From: Octopus bimaculoides
Lineage: Eukaryota
Assembly (NCBI RefSeq): GCF_001194135.2
Contig: NC_068985.1
Span: 2,657,070 to 2,721,069, forward strand
Direction of reading: 5' to 3'
Length of the DNA stretch: 64,000 bases
Shown one piece after another: positions 25,570 through 37,991 of the stretch (positions are counted from its first letter, which is position 1; every line of letters starts with the position of its first letter). The translations under genes were made by a program, and so were the position numbers. The notes beneath the pieces are model-generated. The model ran no database searches, was not told where the DNA came from, and was given only the letters and a program-made list of their open reading frames with translations.

Positions 25570-25975
25570 TAAAACTAGGAGGAGCTGTAGCCATGAACTT
25601 TGCAGACCTTCCAAAACTGATGAGGTGAAGACAGTTGGTGTTTCGTTTGAAATTCTTCACTTTGAATGAGTGTCAGAAGGGTGAGCAGTCCTGGGAATAT
25701 AAGATTGGGTGAAGTATTTAAGGCAGGGTTTTGGATAACTAGATGAAATCAAAATGATTTGCAAGGGAGGGTGTAGGTAAACTGGATGAAGTTGAATGAG
25801 GAATAATACAACAGGAACTGTTGAAGTAAGGAAAGAAACAAAATAGCTGTATGCAAGTGATTGTTGAGTGTTCATGGGTGAAAGTCTGTCAGTCACTGGC
25901 ATGGTTTTGTTTTGGAAGAAGTCTAGAATGTTTGGTGAAAAGCAACCACTCCATACCAGATGTGTCAATGTTGCA
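25570..25975 (-). mobile_element. Degenerate LINE ORF2 C-terminal remnant (CR1/L2 group)
   Basis: ORF-track peptide ..DRLSPMNTQQSLAYSYF..LHPP..YFTQSYIPRTAH resembles the post-RT end of such LINEs. Confidence 0.45.
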
Positions 25976-25979
25976 CTTA

Positions 25980-26536
25980 AGAAAGGTTATGCATTCAATC
26001 TGATGGGATTAGAAGAGTGATGTCTTTTACAAGCTCCTTCCTACCAACAGGACCATCAATTCAAGCATGTATTGTGATCAGCTGGACAAATTAAAAGCAG
26101 TGATCCACCAGAAATGTCCAACACTTGCTAATCATAAAGGTATTGTCTTTCATCATGACAATACCAGACTGGACACTTCTTTGTGGACACAACAGAAATT
26201 ACTGGGTCTTGGCTGGGAACTTTACTGTCACACAATCCATATTCGCCAACCTTGCATCTTCAGGTTCCCACCTGCTTTGATCTCTTCATAATTCATTGAA
26301 TGGACAGACCTTCAGCTCTGAAGATGATTTAAAAATTCATCTGAAAGTGTTTTTTACCAGTAAAGACAAGAAATTCTTTGAGCAAGGAATGACGGATCTG
26401 TTTCCCATGGTGGCAGAAGAAACTGAAACAAAACAGTAATTATATCACTGATTGAATAGATCACTTCATATTTCAAATGGGTCTTATTTTCACATAACCC
26501 TCCACCCCCAGAATTGAATTTTTGGCCAACGCAATA
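25980..26536 (+). mobile_element. Degenerate mariner transposase, 3' half, with right TIR remnant
   Basis: KVMHSI*WD..FYKLLPTNRTINSSMYCDQLDKLKAVIHQKCPTLANHKGIVFHHDNTRLDTSLWTQQKLLGLGWE matches the mariner catalytic domain (HHDNARPH motif); TIR-like TTTTTGGCCAACGCAATA at about 26519-26536. Confidence 0.85.
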
Positions 26537-26759
26537 TGCACTGAGCCACAATGAGAAATTGTAAAAGCTTGTAGATGAGTTTCGTTGGAATGAGGAGCAA
26601 AAGAATCTAATGTTTCAGATATTTGTCCTTTGGGGAAGAGATAAAAATAAAACGTATTGCTTTCCCTCTTTATTAATGAGAAGACAATTAATTTTGCATT
26701 TGTATAATTTTTCTTTCTTCACCATTATGTTAAACAAATTTACAGTGATTTTAATTATA

Positions 26760-27005
26760 TTGATTTGAAATTTTGGCACAAGGCCAGCAATTTGGGGAGG
26801 GGGTAAGCCAATTACATTGACCCAATGTTCAGCTAGTACTTAATTTACCAACCCCAAAGGATGAAAGGTAAAATCAGTCTCGACAGAATTACAACTTAGA
26901 ATGGACCTTAGATGATGATGATGATGATGATGAATATAAAGACAGATGAAATGCCACTAAGAATTTCTCCCATCATGCTAACGATGCTGTCAGCTCACCA
27001 CCCGA
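26760..27005 (-). mobile_element. Family B SINE with an internal (GAT)n insertion
   Basis: Family B blocks; approximate 15-bp TSD GTG(A/G)TTTTAATTATA. Confidence 0.75.
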
Positions 27006-28669
27006 GTGGTTTTAATTATACTAAACACACTTAACACTCTGTCTGCCCCTTTCAATCCTCAAAGGCTCACCTCAAGAGAAAAACTGACCTAAGTTCATAG
27101 TTTTCTTGATGTGCATAGTAAATGATTGGGATTGTATTTCAAACAGAATACAAACTTGTTTTGATTCCAGAGTCAGGTAAAATCTAAACTTGTAACTGAG
27201 AGAAAGAAGCAGGTAACGATGATGGTGAATACAAGAAATAAAGTAGTTTTATGTTCTATCTCTAATGTGAACAAATTGAAAGTGTTATTGAACAGCTCCA
27301 CACAGAGTAGCCCAATTAGGTATTTACTGATGATCTGAGTAAAAGAGAAAAAAAAAAAAAAGAAATACATACAACTTAAATTGTTCAGTCTGTATTTAAG
27401 ATATCATTATTCTATCTATAGTGAAGTAATTGATCTATGAAACACATTGTTCAATATACAGAATGGCAACAGTATGTGGTCCCAAAATCTAAACTCTTTT
27501 GGCTCTAGCACAATATTGTAATTGGTAAAAGCATCAGAAAAATTTATATACTTAATGCAGTGTTTTATTATGTCAGTGGGAACCAAAAATTCCACTTTAC
27601 CTCAAATAATACAATAAAATTAAAACATCTCTTAAGCAAATAAAGGATAATGTTTTATTCCAAGTAACAACAGAGTAACTGAAGTTATGATTCATTGCTT
27701 ATGAGATAAGTAGTATTGTTGCTATTGTTTAATCTCAGGACTGACCAAAAAAATGTTCCAGCCATGATCACTCCATTACTTTTTCCTTTTTCTTTCAGGC
27801 ATAACTTATCTACAGCTACATTACCTAATGTAACCTGTGAAATATTTGGCTGATATTTTAGTAGGTTTGAGCAACTAGATACGGGTTCTCTTGTTGGCTT
27901 GTGAGAGTGACTGTGGAGATGGTAGTGATGCTGATGATAGCAGCAGCCCCAATGAACAGTTGATAATCATAAGAGCAGTAGTACAAGTGGTGGTCATGGT
28001 GGGAATGGTGATGATGTACATTTATGACCAAAGATGTATAGTGATGATTCGAAACCAAACAGCTAGTAACTAGTTATGTATCATGATTGAAACACTGTAG
28101 TTTTATTTAATGGGTCTGTTAAGCAATGAATCAGTGGCAAAAGTCATCACATGATTCAATCTTCAAGAATCTTCTCCTTCAACTCGATATAAAGGACACT
28201 TTTGGTAGTAATTAATTACAGAATGTTGAGGCATTTATGTGTTGTGACTCTATTTTCGCCACAACCAGATGGTTAAAACAGACAGGAATCTCTGTCACTA
28301 CAAAATGTAGCATAATTGCTTCCAGTTATTATGGGCCAGCCACCGGTTGCTGATTGATAAGCATGCCATAAACTCCAAGCAGTATGTCTCTCGTAATATG
28401 TAATCATTGCTGTTATTATTTGTAAAAGACCTACACAGTTAAACTGCATGTTGTGCAATAATGAAAGCTTGTGTTAAATGCTTAAGGGTGTTGTTCAGTT
28501 GCTTCTTCATGCAGACCAAGAAATACATTTCCACAGCCACTCGACCAGTCAACCAAACTCACTCGCAACAGATGTTCCAGTTGTACTTCATATGAATATT
28601 AGTCTTTTGGTGACTATCCATGCTACACCTAAACATCTACACTATGACACTAGCTCCTGCATTTAGTGT

Positions 28670-28958
28670 CCTGCAGCTGTGCTGGTGCCACATGTATAAT
28701 ATCTGTGCTGGTGCCACATGTATAATATCTGTATCAGTACCAAGTAAAAAGGACTGGTGATGGTGTCACGTAAAAAGCACCCAGTATACTCTGTAAAGTG
28801 GTTGGCATTAGGAAGGGCATCATCCAGCCATAGAAACCATGTCATAACAGACAAGGGAGCTTGGTGCAGCTATCTGGCTTGCCAGCTCTTGTCAAACCAT
28901 CCAACCCATGCCAGCATGGACAATGGAGATTAAATGATGATGACAATGATGATGATAT
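28670..28958 (+). mobile_element. Family C copy preceded by a 26-bp tandem duplication
   Basis: GCTGGTGCCACATGTATAATATCTGT twice; GGAAGGGCATC; ACCCATGCCAGCATGG; (GAT)n-like tail. Confidence 0.75.
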
Positions 28959-29679
28959 TTGTGGTCTGAATAAAAAGCACAGTCTCCTGCAGATTGTTCT
29001 TACTGGGAACACCATTTTGCTATTTGATAGATTTGNNNNNNNNNNCTCCTGCAGATTGTTCTTACTGGGAACACCATTTTGCTATTTGATAGATTTGTTA
29101 TAGTGAACATTCTCATCTCAATGCATTGATACAGCTTCAACTGGTACAACATATTGATTATTATAGTTTTTTCCAGTTCATTGATTTAAAAAAAATACTT
29201 CGTTTTATGTTTTTTTTTTTTTTTAAAGTTCATTGAATTTAACATTTAATAACTTTTTCTAAAGCTGATATATCAGTGAACTGAAAAACTCAAACAGATT
29301 ACTAATACACATGGTATAGGATGGCCAGTTTTATTTTGTTATAAAGGTTCTTGACCAATAGCATCTCAGTGCATGCTTATGGTTGGAGATACAGCTTATG
29401 TAATGTTTCCAGATTTTGATTGGATTAAATGTAGGCTTATACTGCAGTTTAACAACGAAAGGAAACTAAACACCACAAAGGGAAATATAAGAAATAGGGA
29501 ATAACATTTCATTGCATTAAATACACTTCTTTAAAACACTATATGAACAAGAGAACTAGATTACAATAAAATAAAGATTCAGAACAATACAAATATAACC
29601 TGTACATACAAGGAGAAATATTTTAATGTTCAATTATTGAAAACTGATTAAGGCGGTCAATATCCTTAAATTCTGAAAC

Positions 29680-30400
29680 ATCACTGATGTCAAAGTGTCG
29701 TTATCTTCAAGCAGAATGTAATTTTCAGTACCACCCAACACATGATTGATTCCACAGTTTTTTTAAAATGATTTTGCTACAATTTCAGTATCCTCAGCAT
29801 TCTATGATTTTAAGACCCGTTCACACAGCTGAACAATAGTCATTGGTTTTATGTCCGATTGGATGATCCTCAGCTAGTGATTTCAGTCTTCTTTCATAAA
29901 CACTTTAAAAGATTCATTGATGTATATGTCCAGTCGTTGTCCCACAAAAGTAGGGCTATTTTTTTTTTTTTAGTAAGATTACAATGATCTATTGACCAGA
30001 ACTTGGCACACTTTTCATTTCTCCACTTCTTTGGGCAGATATAAACAAAAATTCTATGAGGAATTTTGTCTTTTGGCAAAGTATTTATCTTAAAAACATT
30101 TGCAACAGTTTCATCAACACAGCAAGACAGCACCAGAGTATAATGGACTTTCTCATCAACAAATGTCTTTATCTGCAGAACTTTAGTTTCTTCAACATTC
30201 ACTGCCTCATATGATACCATATCAAACATGAACGGCATCTCATCCAGGTTTCCAGCTGAACCTAATTTTGTTATCAGTCACTTTCTTTGCATTGATTATA
30301 AGATTTAATTATTTTATTCCCATAATTTTCTGGCATTTTTTAAGCCACAAAAATCACACAAACTTTACGCTGCAGCTGCTGCAAATGGCAATTTGTATTT
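29680..30400 (-). mobile_element. Degenerate pogo/Tigger (DDE_1, POGK-like) transposase remnant
   Basis: Minus-strand ORF MPFMFDMV..HYTLVLSCC..NTLPKDKIPHRIFV..ALLLWD; in a shifted frame QRLDIYINESFKVFMKED and EIVAKSF..CGINHVLGGTENYIL. Frameshifts and stops present. Confidence 0.85.
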
Positions 30401-30919
30401 ATTAATAAAAGTGTTTGATGACAAAACCCAAATATCTCTCCCTAACCCACTAATATTACATTGCTTCCCATTCTGGCTACCTAACTGCAGACTTACACAG
30501 CTTTCCTTTACATTTTGATACAGGTTTCAACAGATGCTCTTGCTCTCTGCAATAGTATGTTACTTTTCACAATAAGAGGGGCTTTAAAATATCTTTCTGC
30601 AGTTTGGCATGCTTAATTACTTGCACTTGTAGTGGATTCAAAACTGAATCACTAGGTAGCTGAGTAGACATCACAACCAAGCCACAGTAGTTTCACATGA
30701 TCGGCCAATTAAGCAACTGATCAGCATCAATTCATCACATGATTCAACTTTCTCATTGAGCTCTATATAAAGGTGGTTTTTGGTTCGTAATAACTCCAGG
30801 ATGTTGAGGCAGTTGCTCAATGTCTCCATTCCTTTGACAGTTTAGAAGACACAGATTTTGGTGTCATGAATATAGCACAATTACTTTCTGGTTGTGATGA
30901 GTCAGCTACAGATTGATAC

Positions 30920-32179
30920 TGATGCGACGACCGAAAATACAGTTGGTATTATATCCCTATCTCCCGGGCTGGGTTTTGAACCCGTACTCTGGTCAGTTGG
31001 GGAGAATGGTATTTCCTTTGTCTTGTCGGCAACCACAGCTATTTTTAGCGTAGCTGCCCCTTTCCGGTCAGCGAAAGTTCAAAAACGGCAGGATAGGAAT
31101 GTACCGACCGACCCATCTTGGCAGGGGGTAAAGTAGCACAATGAGCTATGGTATTTGGGATGAATAGGAGAACAAGAATTGGCGGCAAAAGCAGTTAGCA
31201 GAGAATTTTGGCCAGTGGAGTTCTGGTAGCCAGCGGGGCAGTCGAGCGGTAGCAGCNNNNNNNNNNNNNNNNNNNNNNNNNNNNNNNNNNNNNNNNNNNN
31301 NNNNNNNNNNNNNNNNNNNNNNNNNNNNNNNNNNNNNNNNNNNNNNNNNNNNNNNNNNNNNNNNNNNNNNNNNNNNNNNNNNNNNNNNNNNNNNNNNNNN
31401 NNNNNNNNNNNNNNNNNNNNNNNNNNNNNNNNNNNNNNNNNNNNNNNNNNNNNNNNNNNNNNNNNNNNNNNNNNNNNNNNNNNNNNNNNNNNNNNNNNNN
31501 NNNNNNNNNNNNNNNNNNNNNNNNNNNNNNNNNNNNNNNNNNNNNNNNNNNNNNNNNNNNNNNNNNNNNNNNNNNNNNNNNNNNNNNNNNNNNNNNNNNN
31601 NNNNNNNNNNNNNNNNNNNNNNNNNNNNNNNNNNNNNNNNNNNNNNNNNNNNNNNNNNNNNNNNNNNNNNNNNNNNNNNNNNNNNNNNNNNNNNNNNNNN
31701 NNNNNNNNNNNNNNNNNNNNNNNNNNNNNNNNNNNNNNNNNNNNNNNNNNNNNNNNNNNNNNNNNNNNNNNNNNNNNNNNNNNNNNNNNNNNNNNNNNNN
31801 NNNNNNNNNNNNNNNNNNNNNNNNNNNNNNNNNNNNNNNNNNNNNNNNNNNNNNNNNNNNAAAGTTATTGAACTGTCATGCCATGTATTGGAATTGTTAT
31901 TATGTAATGCTCTATTCTAATGTTTTAAATGTATTCTGTGATGTTATGCATGTAAAAAGAAAAGGTTACCCAACGCATGGTCTTCGTGTTGTTTCTTCCT
32001 CCCAGTCCTATTTGCCTGTGTTGTTCTTCGTTACATGCTCCGGCCGGGGCTTTATTATCGGTCAGGATTGTACCGACAGACGAATTTTGCTAGCTCACTG
32101 AGCGAGTATGAACGTTCGTGCGAGCGCGAGTCCCCTATTCGGTGTTAGGGAGGTGCTTCGCGTGCGGGCGTTCGTAACA
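30920..32179. mobile_element. Young LTR-retrotransposon-derived insertion (probable solo LTR, Gypsy-like) spanning a 604-N gap
   Basis: Starts TGATGCGACG and ends TTCGTAACA (TG...CA). Flanked by the 4-bp direct repeat ATAC (30916-30919 and 32180-32183). CpG-rich versus the flanks. It interrupts an older repeat whose uninterrupted relative lies at about 28140-28410. Confidence 0.7.
31257..31860. other. Assembly gap (604 N)
   Basis: N run. Confidence 1.
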
Positions 32180-33179
32180 ATACATACCAGTTAAACTGTC
32201 GTAGATCCCAGTAATATGTCTTGCAGTGTGTAACTGTCAATGTAATTTTCCATCCAAAAACCAACACAAGAAATACTATGTAAAATAAATTACACTTCTG
32301 TTAATTGTTTCTTAGCATTAATTACTTCTACATGCAGTCCTAGAAATACATTCTCATTCACCAGCAGCAAACAACAGCCCAAGATTGTCTTATACTTGCA
32401 TATGCTATAATATAGGCTTGTGAAACCTTTCAATCAAAGTCTTTTCAAGTTGTAAAAATAACTTCCAGCCTGAAAAGATTTTGGTTTGAACTGGTAAAGA
32501 TTAAAACCTCTGGAGGTTGAAGAGAAGGCTATGTTGCTAAATTTTGAAATAAATGTGCACAGCTAATCACTAAACAGGTGCAGAGACAGAAAAATTATCA
32601 AATTGCTTTCGACAATAGTCATGCGAAATGTCTCAGAATAGGATTTTGTTGAAAATACAGTTTGTGTAACATAGACTAATTAACAAGTGCAGCTGCTTGC
32701 TGAACTCATTAATTAGTGATAAGTCTCAATTCACATATTTTGAATCGGTCAGGCTTATTGTTAGCTGCTATACTCACCAATACCACATTCTCAATGAAGT
32801 GGTGCACTGTGTCGGTACATATCACTCAGAGATGACACCAAGTAAAAAAAATGAAGTGTGAGCTGATAGAAAAACAAGTAGTAAATCTCAGTGAAATTTC
32901 CATGAAAGGTGTAAAGTACTGTCAGATGATTAAAAACACATAAGTGTACAAGGACATTCCACAGAAAGATGGCTACGTTCCATGTATGTTTACAGTTGAA
33001 ACCCTTTTAATAAATCGCATGTTTTGTTTCATAGTCTAATGGTGTTTTTCTTTCTTATCAGTTTTAACCATTTATTATTCAGATTGTTTATTTATTCATA
33101 TTGTTTTGAATTCATTATACATTATCATGTGACCTTAAGATTTCTATGATATGATTGTTTGTTTTTTTTTAGGACCTTT

Positions 33180-33390
33180 CCTGTGCTTGTGCCACCAAAA
33201 CTGACCTCACCCGTGCCTGTACCACATAAAAAGCACTCTGCTGAGTGGTTGGTGTTAGGAAAGGCATCCAGCTATAAAAGAAATCCTGCCAAAACAGTTG
33301 CAGGAGTCTGGTGCAGGCTTCTGCCTGTCCGGCTCCTGTCAAACCATCCCACCCATGCCAGCAAAGAAGGTGGACGTTAAATGATGATGA
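33180..33390 (+). mobile_element. Family C copy
   Basis: GGAAAGGCATCCAGC..GGACGTTAAATGATGATG. Confidence 0.8.
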
Positions 33391-33394
33391 AGAA

Positions 33395-33500
33395 TGAGAT
33401 TGTAGGGTAGGTGTGAGAGGCTTGATCCAGTTGAACTGAATATAAAACTGGTAGAGTATTTGGGGCTGATATGGTCAGTTTGAATGTTAAAGGGTTAAAA
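33395..33500. mobile_element. Family G MITE, right end
   Basis: TTGTAGGGTAGGTGTGAGAGG...GATATGGTCAGTTTGAATGTTAAAGGGTTAA. Confidence 0.55.
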
Positions 33501-34113
33501 CTAATTCCACTGCTTACTGTTGTTGCTGCCTCAAAGCAACACCTTTCATTACATAAACAACAGAAAACACACAAAACAAGAGGTAAGTGATGGCCATGAT
33601 ATTAAATAAAATTAGCAGACAACATATTTAATATATTGCAATGTTATTCATTTTGTCACATTTTACTGCCCCTTTAAGGATGGAATGGTGTGAAGAGAGT
33701 GAAAAACCTGGTAAAATGAATCTGCTTACAAGACAATGTGTTTGTCTATAAATACTTGCTAATAACAGAATGAACTTTTGTGATCACTAAAAGATTTTTT
33801 ATGATATTTTTTGGTTTATTTACTATTTTAGCAAAGTATAATCTATGCACATCATTCATAGGTCACAGACAGATTACTGTCTTTTAAGGACAATCCTCCT
33901 TTGGGATTCAAACTGGTCTATGGATACTGGAACATTTGTCTTCTATGATGCACAATAAATTTCCAAAAGTTATTTTAGGAAAAATAGTGTCCTGTCTGAA
34001 AATATGGTACCAAATGCAATTATTTTTTTTATAGAACAGAGAATATTTACTGAGGAGAGAATAATGCTACTTTAGTTAGTAAAGTACTTGATAGCTCTAA
34101 TGTGATAGTTTAA

Positions 34114-34301
34114 CCCTTTTGGTACCAACCCTGTTGAAACTGCTTTTGGCTGTATAATACCTTCCATCAAAATTTCATGTTAATTCATGTTCTAATCACC
34201 AGTTTAATAATGACAATATTATTTTACTATGTTGCTTATTATTTTCAAAATTAATTATAATAAAGTTAATGTATTTCAACAGAAATCCAGTAACAAAAGG
34301 G
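34114..34301. mobile_element. Diverged piggyBac-type MITE (family F relative)
   Basis: TTAA|CCCTTTTGGTAC ... GTAACAAAAGGG|CTAA. Confidence 0.6.
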
Positions 34302-35319
34302 CTAAGTTATTCAAAGCCTATTTGTGTACTTACCAACTCCTTTATCTAGCATGTGATACATGTGTGGCTTGGCTCCCTTACGTTGTTCTATTCATTAATT
34401 CTGTCTAAAGTCATATTTATTTTATAAAAGTTTATATTACAGAAATCTTAAAATACTTATAGTCATTTACTATTTCATGTTCTGGGGTTTGTTTCGATCT
34501 TCAGCCATTAGCACAGAAGAATATCAATGTGATTTGAACTATATTAAACAGTTTTGGGCTTTCAAAATAGTGAAGATCCCCATGAGATGTGAGAGGAATT
34601 AAATACTGTTCAGTTATCCAATAACACACACACAAAGAGTTACTTTGATAGTTTAAGATATTTTAGCAGAAGTTGTGGTGCAATGATCCAACATACAAGA
34701 GATACACTGGTTGACCCCACCACCTTGTGGGTAGCTTCATTCACTTTTGTGTCTTAGGTTGTATTCGAATACGTATTATATTAATATGTTACACACACAC
34801 ACATATATATATATATTCACACACACACACACACACATACACATGACATTTTCCTATGTATGTGTTAGACATACAAACTAGACGCCTACTCGTATATGCA
34901 AACACTTCACTTCATATTCCCCTGTGGCTAACTGTATACACAAAGACTTCCATTTTTCACACTTTGCTAACTTCAATGCATCACATACCATCTATCGACA
35001 AAAAGTATGAACTTTTCACTTGTGAGCAAGAAAACACATTAGTCATCTTCAAATATATTCTCTGCTTCCGGATACTTCTGAACGATGTAGATTTGGAAAA
35101 ATTAAAATAGATTGGAAATATGAAATATAACAAAAAAAAAGTAAATAAATAGGACAAAATTTAAAAAAAAAAAACTGCAAGAAATGGCTAAAAATATTGT
35201 TTTGAAGAACATTGTTCAATGGAAGGAGGAGGAGGTAATTTAAAGATAAATCCCAACATGAGCAGAACTGAAACAACCTTTAGATATATTCTAATGATTC
35301 TACTGCAGGTACATGTGTA

Positions 35320-35540
35320 TGAGCAGGTACTTGTGCTGGTGCCACATATAAAGCACTGGGATTTGTGCCTTATCAGAAGCCCCATGTACACTCTGTAAAG
35401 TAGCTGGGATTAGGAAGAGTATCCAGTCATAGAAACCATGCCAAAACAGACAATTGGAGCCTGGTGCAACAACAGCTCCTGTCAAACCATCCAACCCATG
35501 CCAGCATGGAAAAAGAGACATAAAATAATGATGATGGTGA
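35320..35540 (+). mobile_element. Family C copy
   Basis: GTGCTGGTGCCAC..ACCCATGCCAGCATGG..ATGATGATGG. Confidence 0.75.
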
Positions 35541-35699
35541 TATCTTTGCTTCACACACACACACATATACATATATACACATATACATATTTACAGTATC
35601 TATACACATATACATGCTTATATACATATTTATCTATATACACACAAACACATCTATGAGGAGAGAGAGGGAGCATGAATACACGCAAAATACAAACAC

Positions 35700-35877
35700 A
35701 TACACATGCAGTTCTATATTTAAGAGATGAGGAATTATGTATATTATTTACAATTGATGAATATTTGTTCTCATCTTTTTTGTTGTTAACACGTTTCGGC
35801 TGATATACTCTCCAGCCTTCATCAGGTGTCTTGGGGAAATTTCAAACCTGGGTTCTCCTTCCTAAGGTATTTTTTGA

Positions 35878-35927
<50 letters not shown>

Positions 35928-35998
35928 TCACTGCCTGGAATCGAACTCAGAATCTTGGGGTTAGTAGCCTGTGTTCTTAACCACTATGCTATATGCCC
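35700..35998 (-). mobile_element. tRNA-headed SINE with (AAT)n spacer and hammerhead-like 3' module
   Basis: Minus strand: A box TAGCATAGTGG and B box GAGTTCGATTCC (35998-35923), (AAT)n at 35922-35877, then GACAC-CTGATGA-A-GGCTG gagagtatat CAGCC-GAAAC-GTGTT at about 35830-35788. The left boundary is approximate. Confidence 0.65.
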
Positions 35999-36880
35999 GG
36001 GCATATTTGCTGTGAGTTTCACCTGTCCTGCATATATGACATTGATAGTGAGTCAGATCCCATCTGAGTGGAGAAAGGAAACAAAGCCCTAGCAGCTATT
36101 GTTAGCAACTTTCAAAGGAAAAGGGAGATAATTTCAAGAAATTGAAAATAACTAATTTCTGAAAATGAATTTACATATTTAAGTGGGGGTAGGGTGGAAT
36201 CTTGATTATCCACAAGGAAGGCGCCAATTATGGTTTTGCTATGGCTTTATTTCAACTGGAAGTAGTTGCTACATACAGAAGAAGAAGAAGAAGAAGAGCT
36301 GTAAATAATTTTTGACTGGTATAGTCTGCATTAGAAAAATAGAATGGATTAAAGGAAATAAGTCAATTGGACCCATGACATGAACGTAGAGGTGTAAGTT
36401 AAAGGATGTGTGCTGAATGGCAGAGGCAAAAAAATTCTTAATTAATTGAAATTTCTCTCTTGGAGGAACAAAACAAATACCTAGTGGTAATTGTTATTCA
36501 TTAAAAAAAAAAAAAAGAGTAAATTTATCTCAGAGTAACTAATCTAAAATTCATGGCAATTGGTTCACTTGAGTTATGTATCTGAGTTCTTTTATTTTTT
36601 AATTATTAAGAGCAGTTGATGACAAGCTACAGGCAAATCAAAGGTAATTGTTCTGTGATTCCACCAACTATTCTTGGCATCGACAGTTGATAAATGTGCT
36701 TAATAAATATATGTATGAACGGAGGTGCGAGAAAGAGAGAGAGGGGGAGGGAGACAGTGAGAGAAAGAGAGAAAAACCATTAGGGAATACTGCATACATT
36801 GGTCATGTTTGAAACATATTCAGAATGTTTGAGATATGTTAGATAGCACTGATGTAACTCTATCTAAACTAAACTAAAAT

Positions 36881-36986
36881 GGAACCTGCTAACAAGATTA
36901 CCAAGAGAAGCGAACCGAGCAGGGAATCTCAATGCATATTTTGTAACAGAACCCATTCATATTTTGTGATCTTGTTAGCAGTTTCC
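36881..36986. repeat. 21-bp inverted repeat with 64-bp spacer
   Basis: GGAACCTGCTAACAAGATTAC (36881-36901) versus GTGATCTTGTTAGCAGTTTCC (36966-36986); 2 mismatches. Confidence 0.75.
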
Positions 36987-37679
36987 AACTTAATTTCGTT
37001 TTGTATCATACGAAGTTGAATATAACTGTGCACAACATACACTGGTGGTTCACCAGTAATACTAAATTCACAAAACTCTACATTTCTGAACCAACTGAGG
37101 AATTACTCCATTACAACCTGAGAAGTCTCGCTCATCTTTTTTTTTTCTTTGTGAAATAAAATAGAAAAAAAAAACATGAGCAAGGGGCAGAACTTTTTAT
37201 ACTAAATCTAATATAATTAATATCATTACTACCGAGCCCATGTGGCTGCCTCGATATGTCTACTTGACTTGCTAGGAATAATGACAAAATAAAAGGTACA
37301 TTTTATCAACTGAAAGACATCCGAAGGCCAACGTAAGATGATACATTCACAAATACACTGATGGCTCTTCACACCAATATACATAACATGCCAGCATGGA
37401 AAACGGACATTAAACGATGATGAAGGATAAAGTGATTCAGAGCTGCATCGGAAAACCTAATTGGAAAATTAGCCTAAATATATATATGAGTAAATGTAGA
37501 AACAGATATGAGCATGAAAACTGTGCAGTTAGGAGAATAAAGATACTAAACAGCATGATTACAAGCTCATAGTTTTATACACAGATAATTACATGTATGT
37601 ATGTATGTATTTATACACATAAAGACAAAAATGCTTATTGCTTGAAAGTAGAAAAATATAGACATGATTACAAATAGTC

Positions 37680-37710
<31 letters not shown>

Positions 37711-37991
37711 NNNNNNNNNNNNNNNNNNNNNNNNNNNNNNNNNNNNNNNNNNNNNNNNNNNNNNNNNNNNNNNNNNNNNNNNNNNNNNNNNNNNNNNNNN
37801 NNNNNNNNNNNNNNNNNNNNNNNNNNNNNNNNNNNNNNNNNNNNNNNNNNNNNNNNNNNNNNNNNNNNNNNNNNNNNNNNNNNNNNNNNNNNNNNNNNNN
37901 NNNNNNNNNNNNNNNNNNNNNNNNNNNNNNNNNNNNNNNNNNNNNNNNNNNNNNNNNNNNNNNNNNNNNNNNNNNNNNNNNNNNNNNNNNN
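37711..37991. other. Assembly gap (281 N)
   Basis: N run. Further gaps of 10-13 N at 9687, 11666, 29036, 40011 and 44662. Confidence 1.

Noticed and set aside
27173-27335. Open frame after a poly-T acceptor on the minus strand
   Set aside because: No recognisable protein similarity and no convincing donor site.
28984-29097. 52-bp direct repeat either side of a 10-N gap
   Set aside because: An identical sequence flanking a placeholder gap is an unmerged contig overlap.
34989-35077. Exon-like segment on the minus strand (ag..gtatgt)
   Set aside because: The peptide SIRKQRIYLKMTNVFSCSQVKSSYFLSID has no recognisable homology, and such sites arise by chance.
35923-35998. tRNA gene
   Set aside because: A and B boxes are present but the cloverleaf is imperfect, and it is fused to a repeat body, so it is a SINE head. 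The same applies to the family A, B and E heads.
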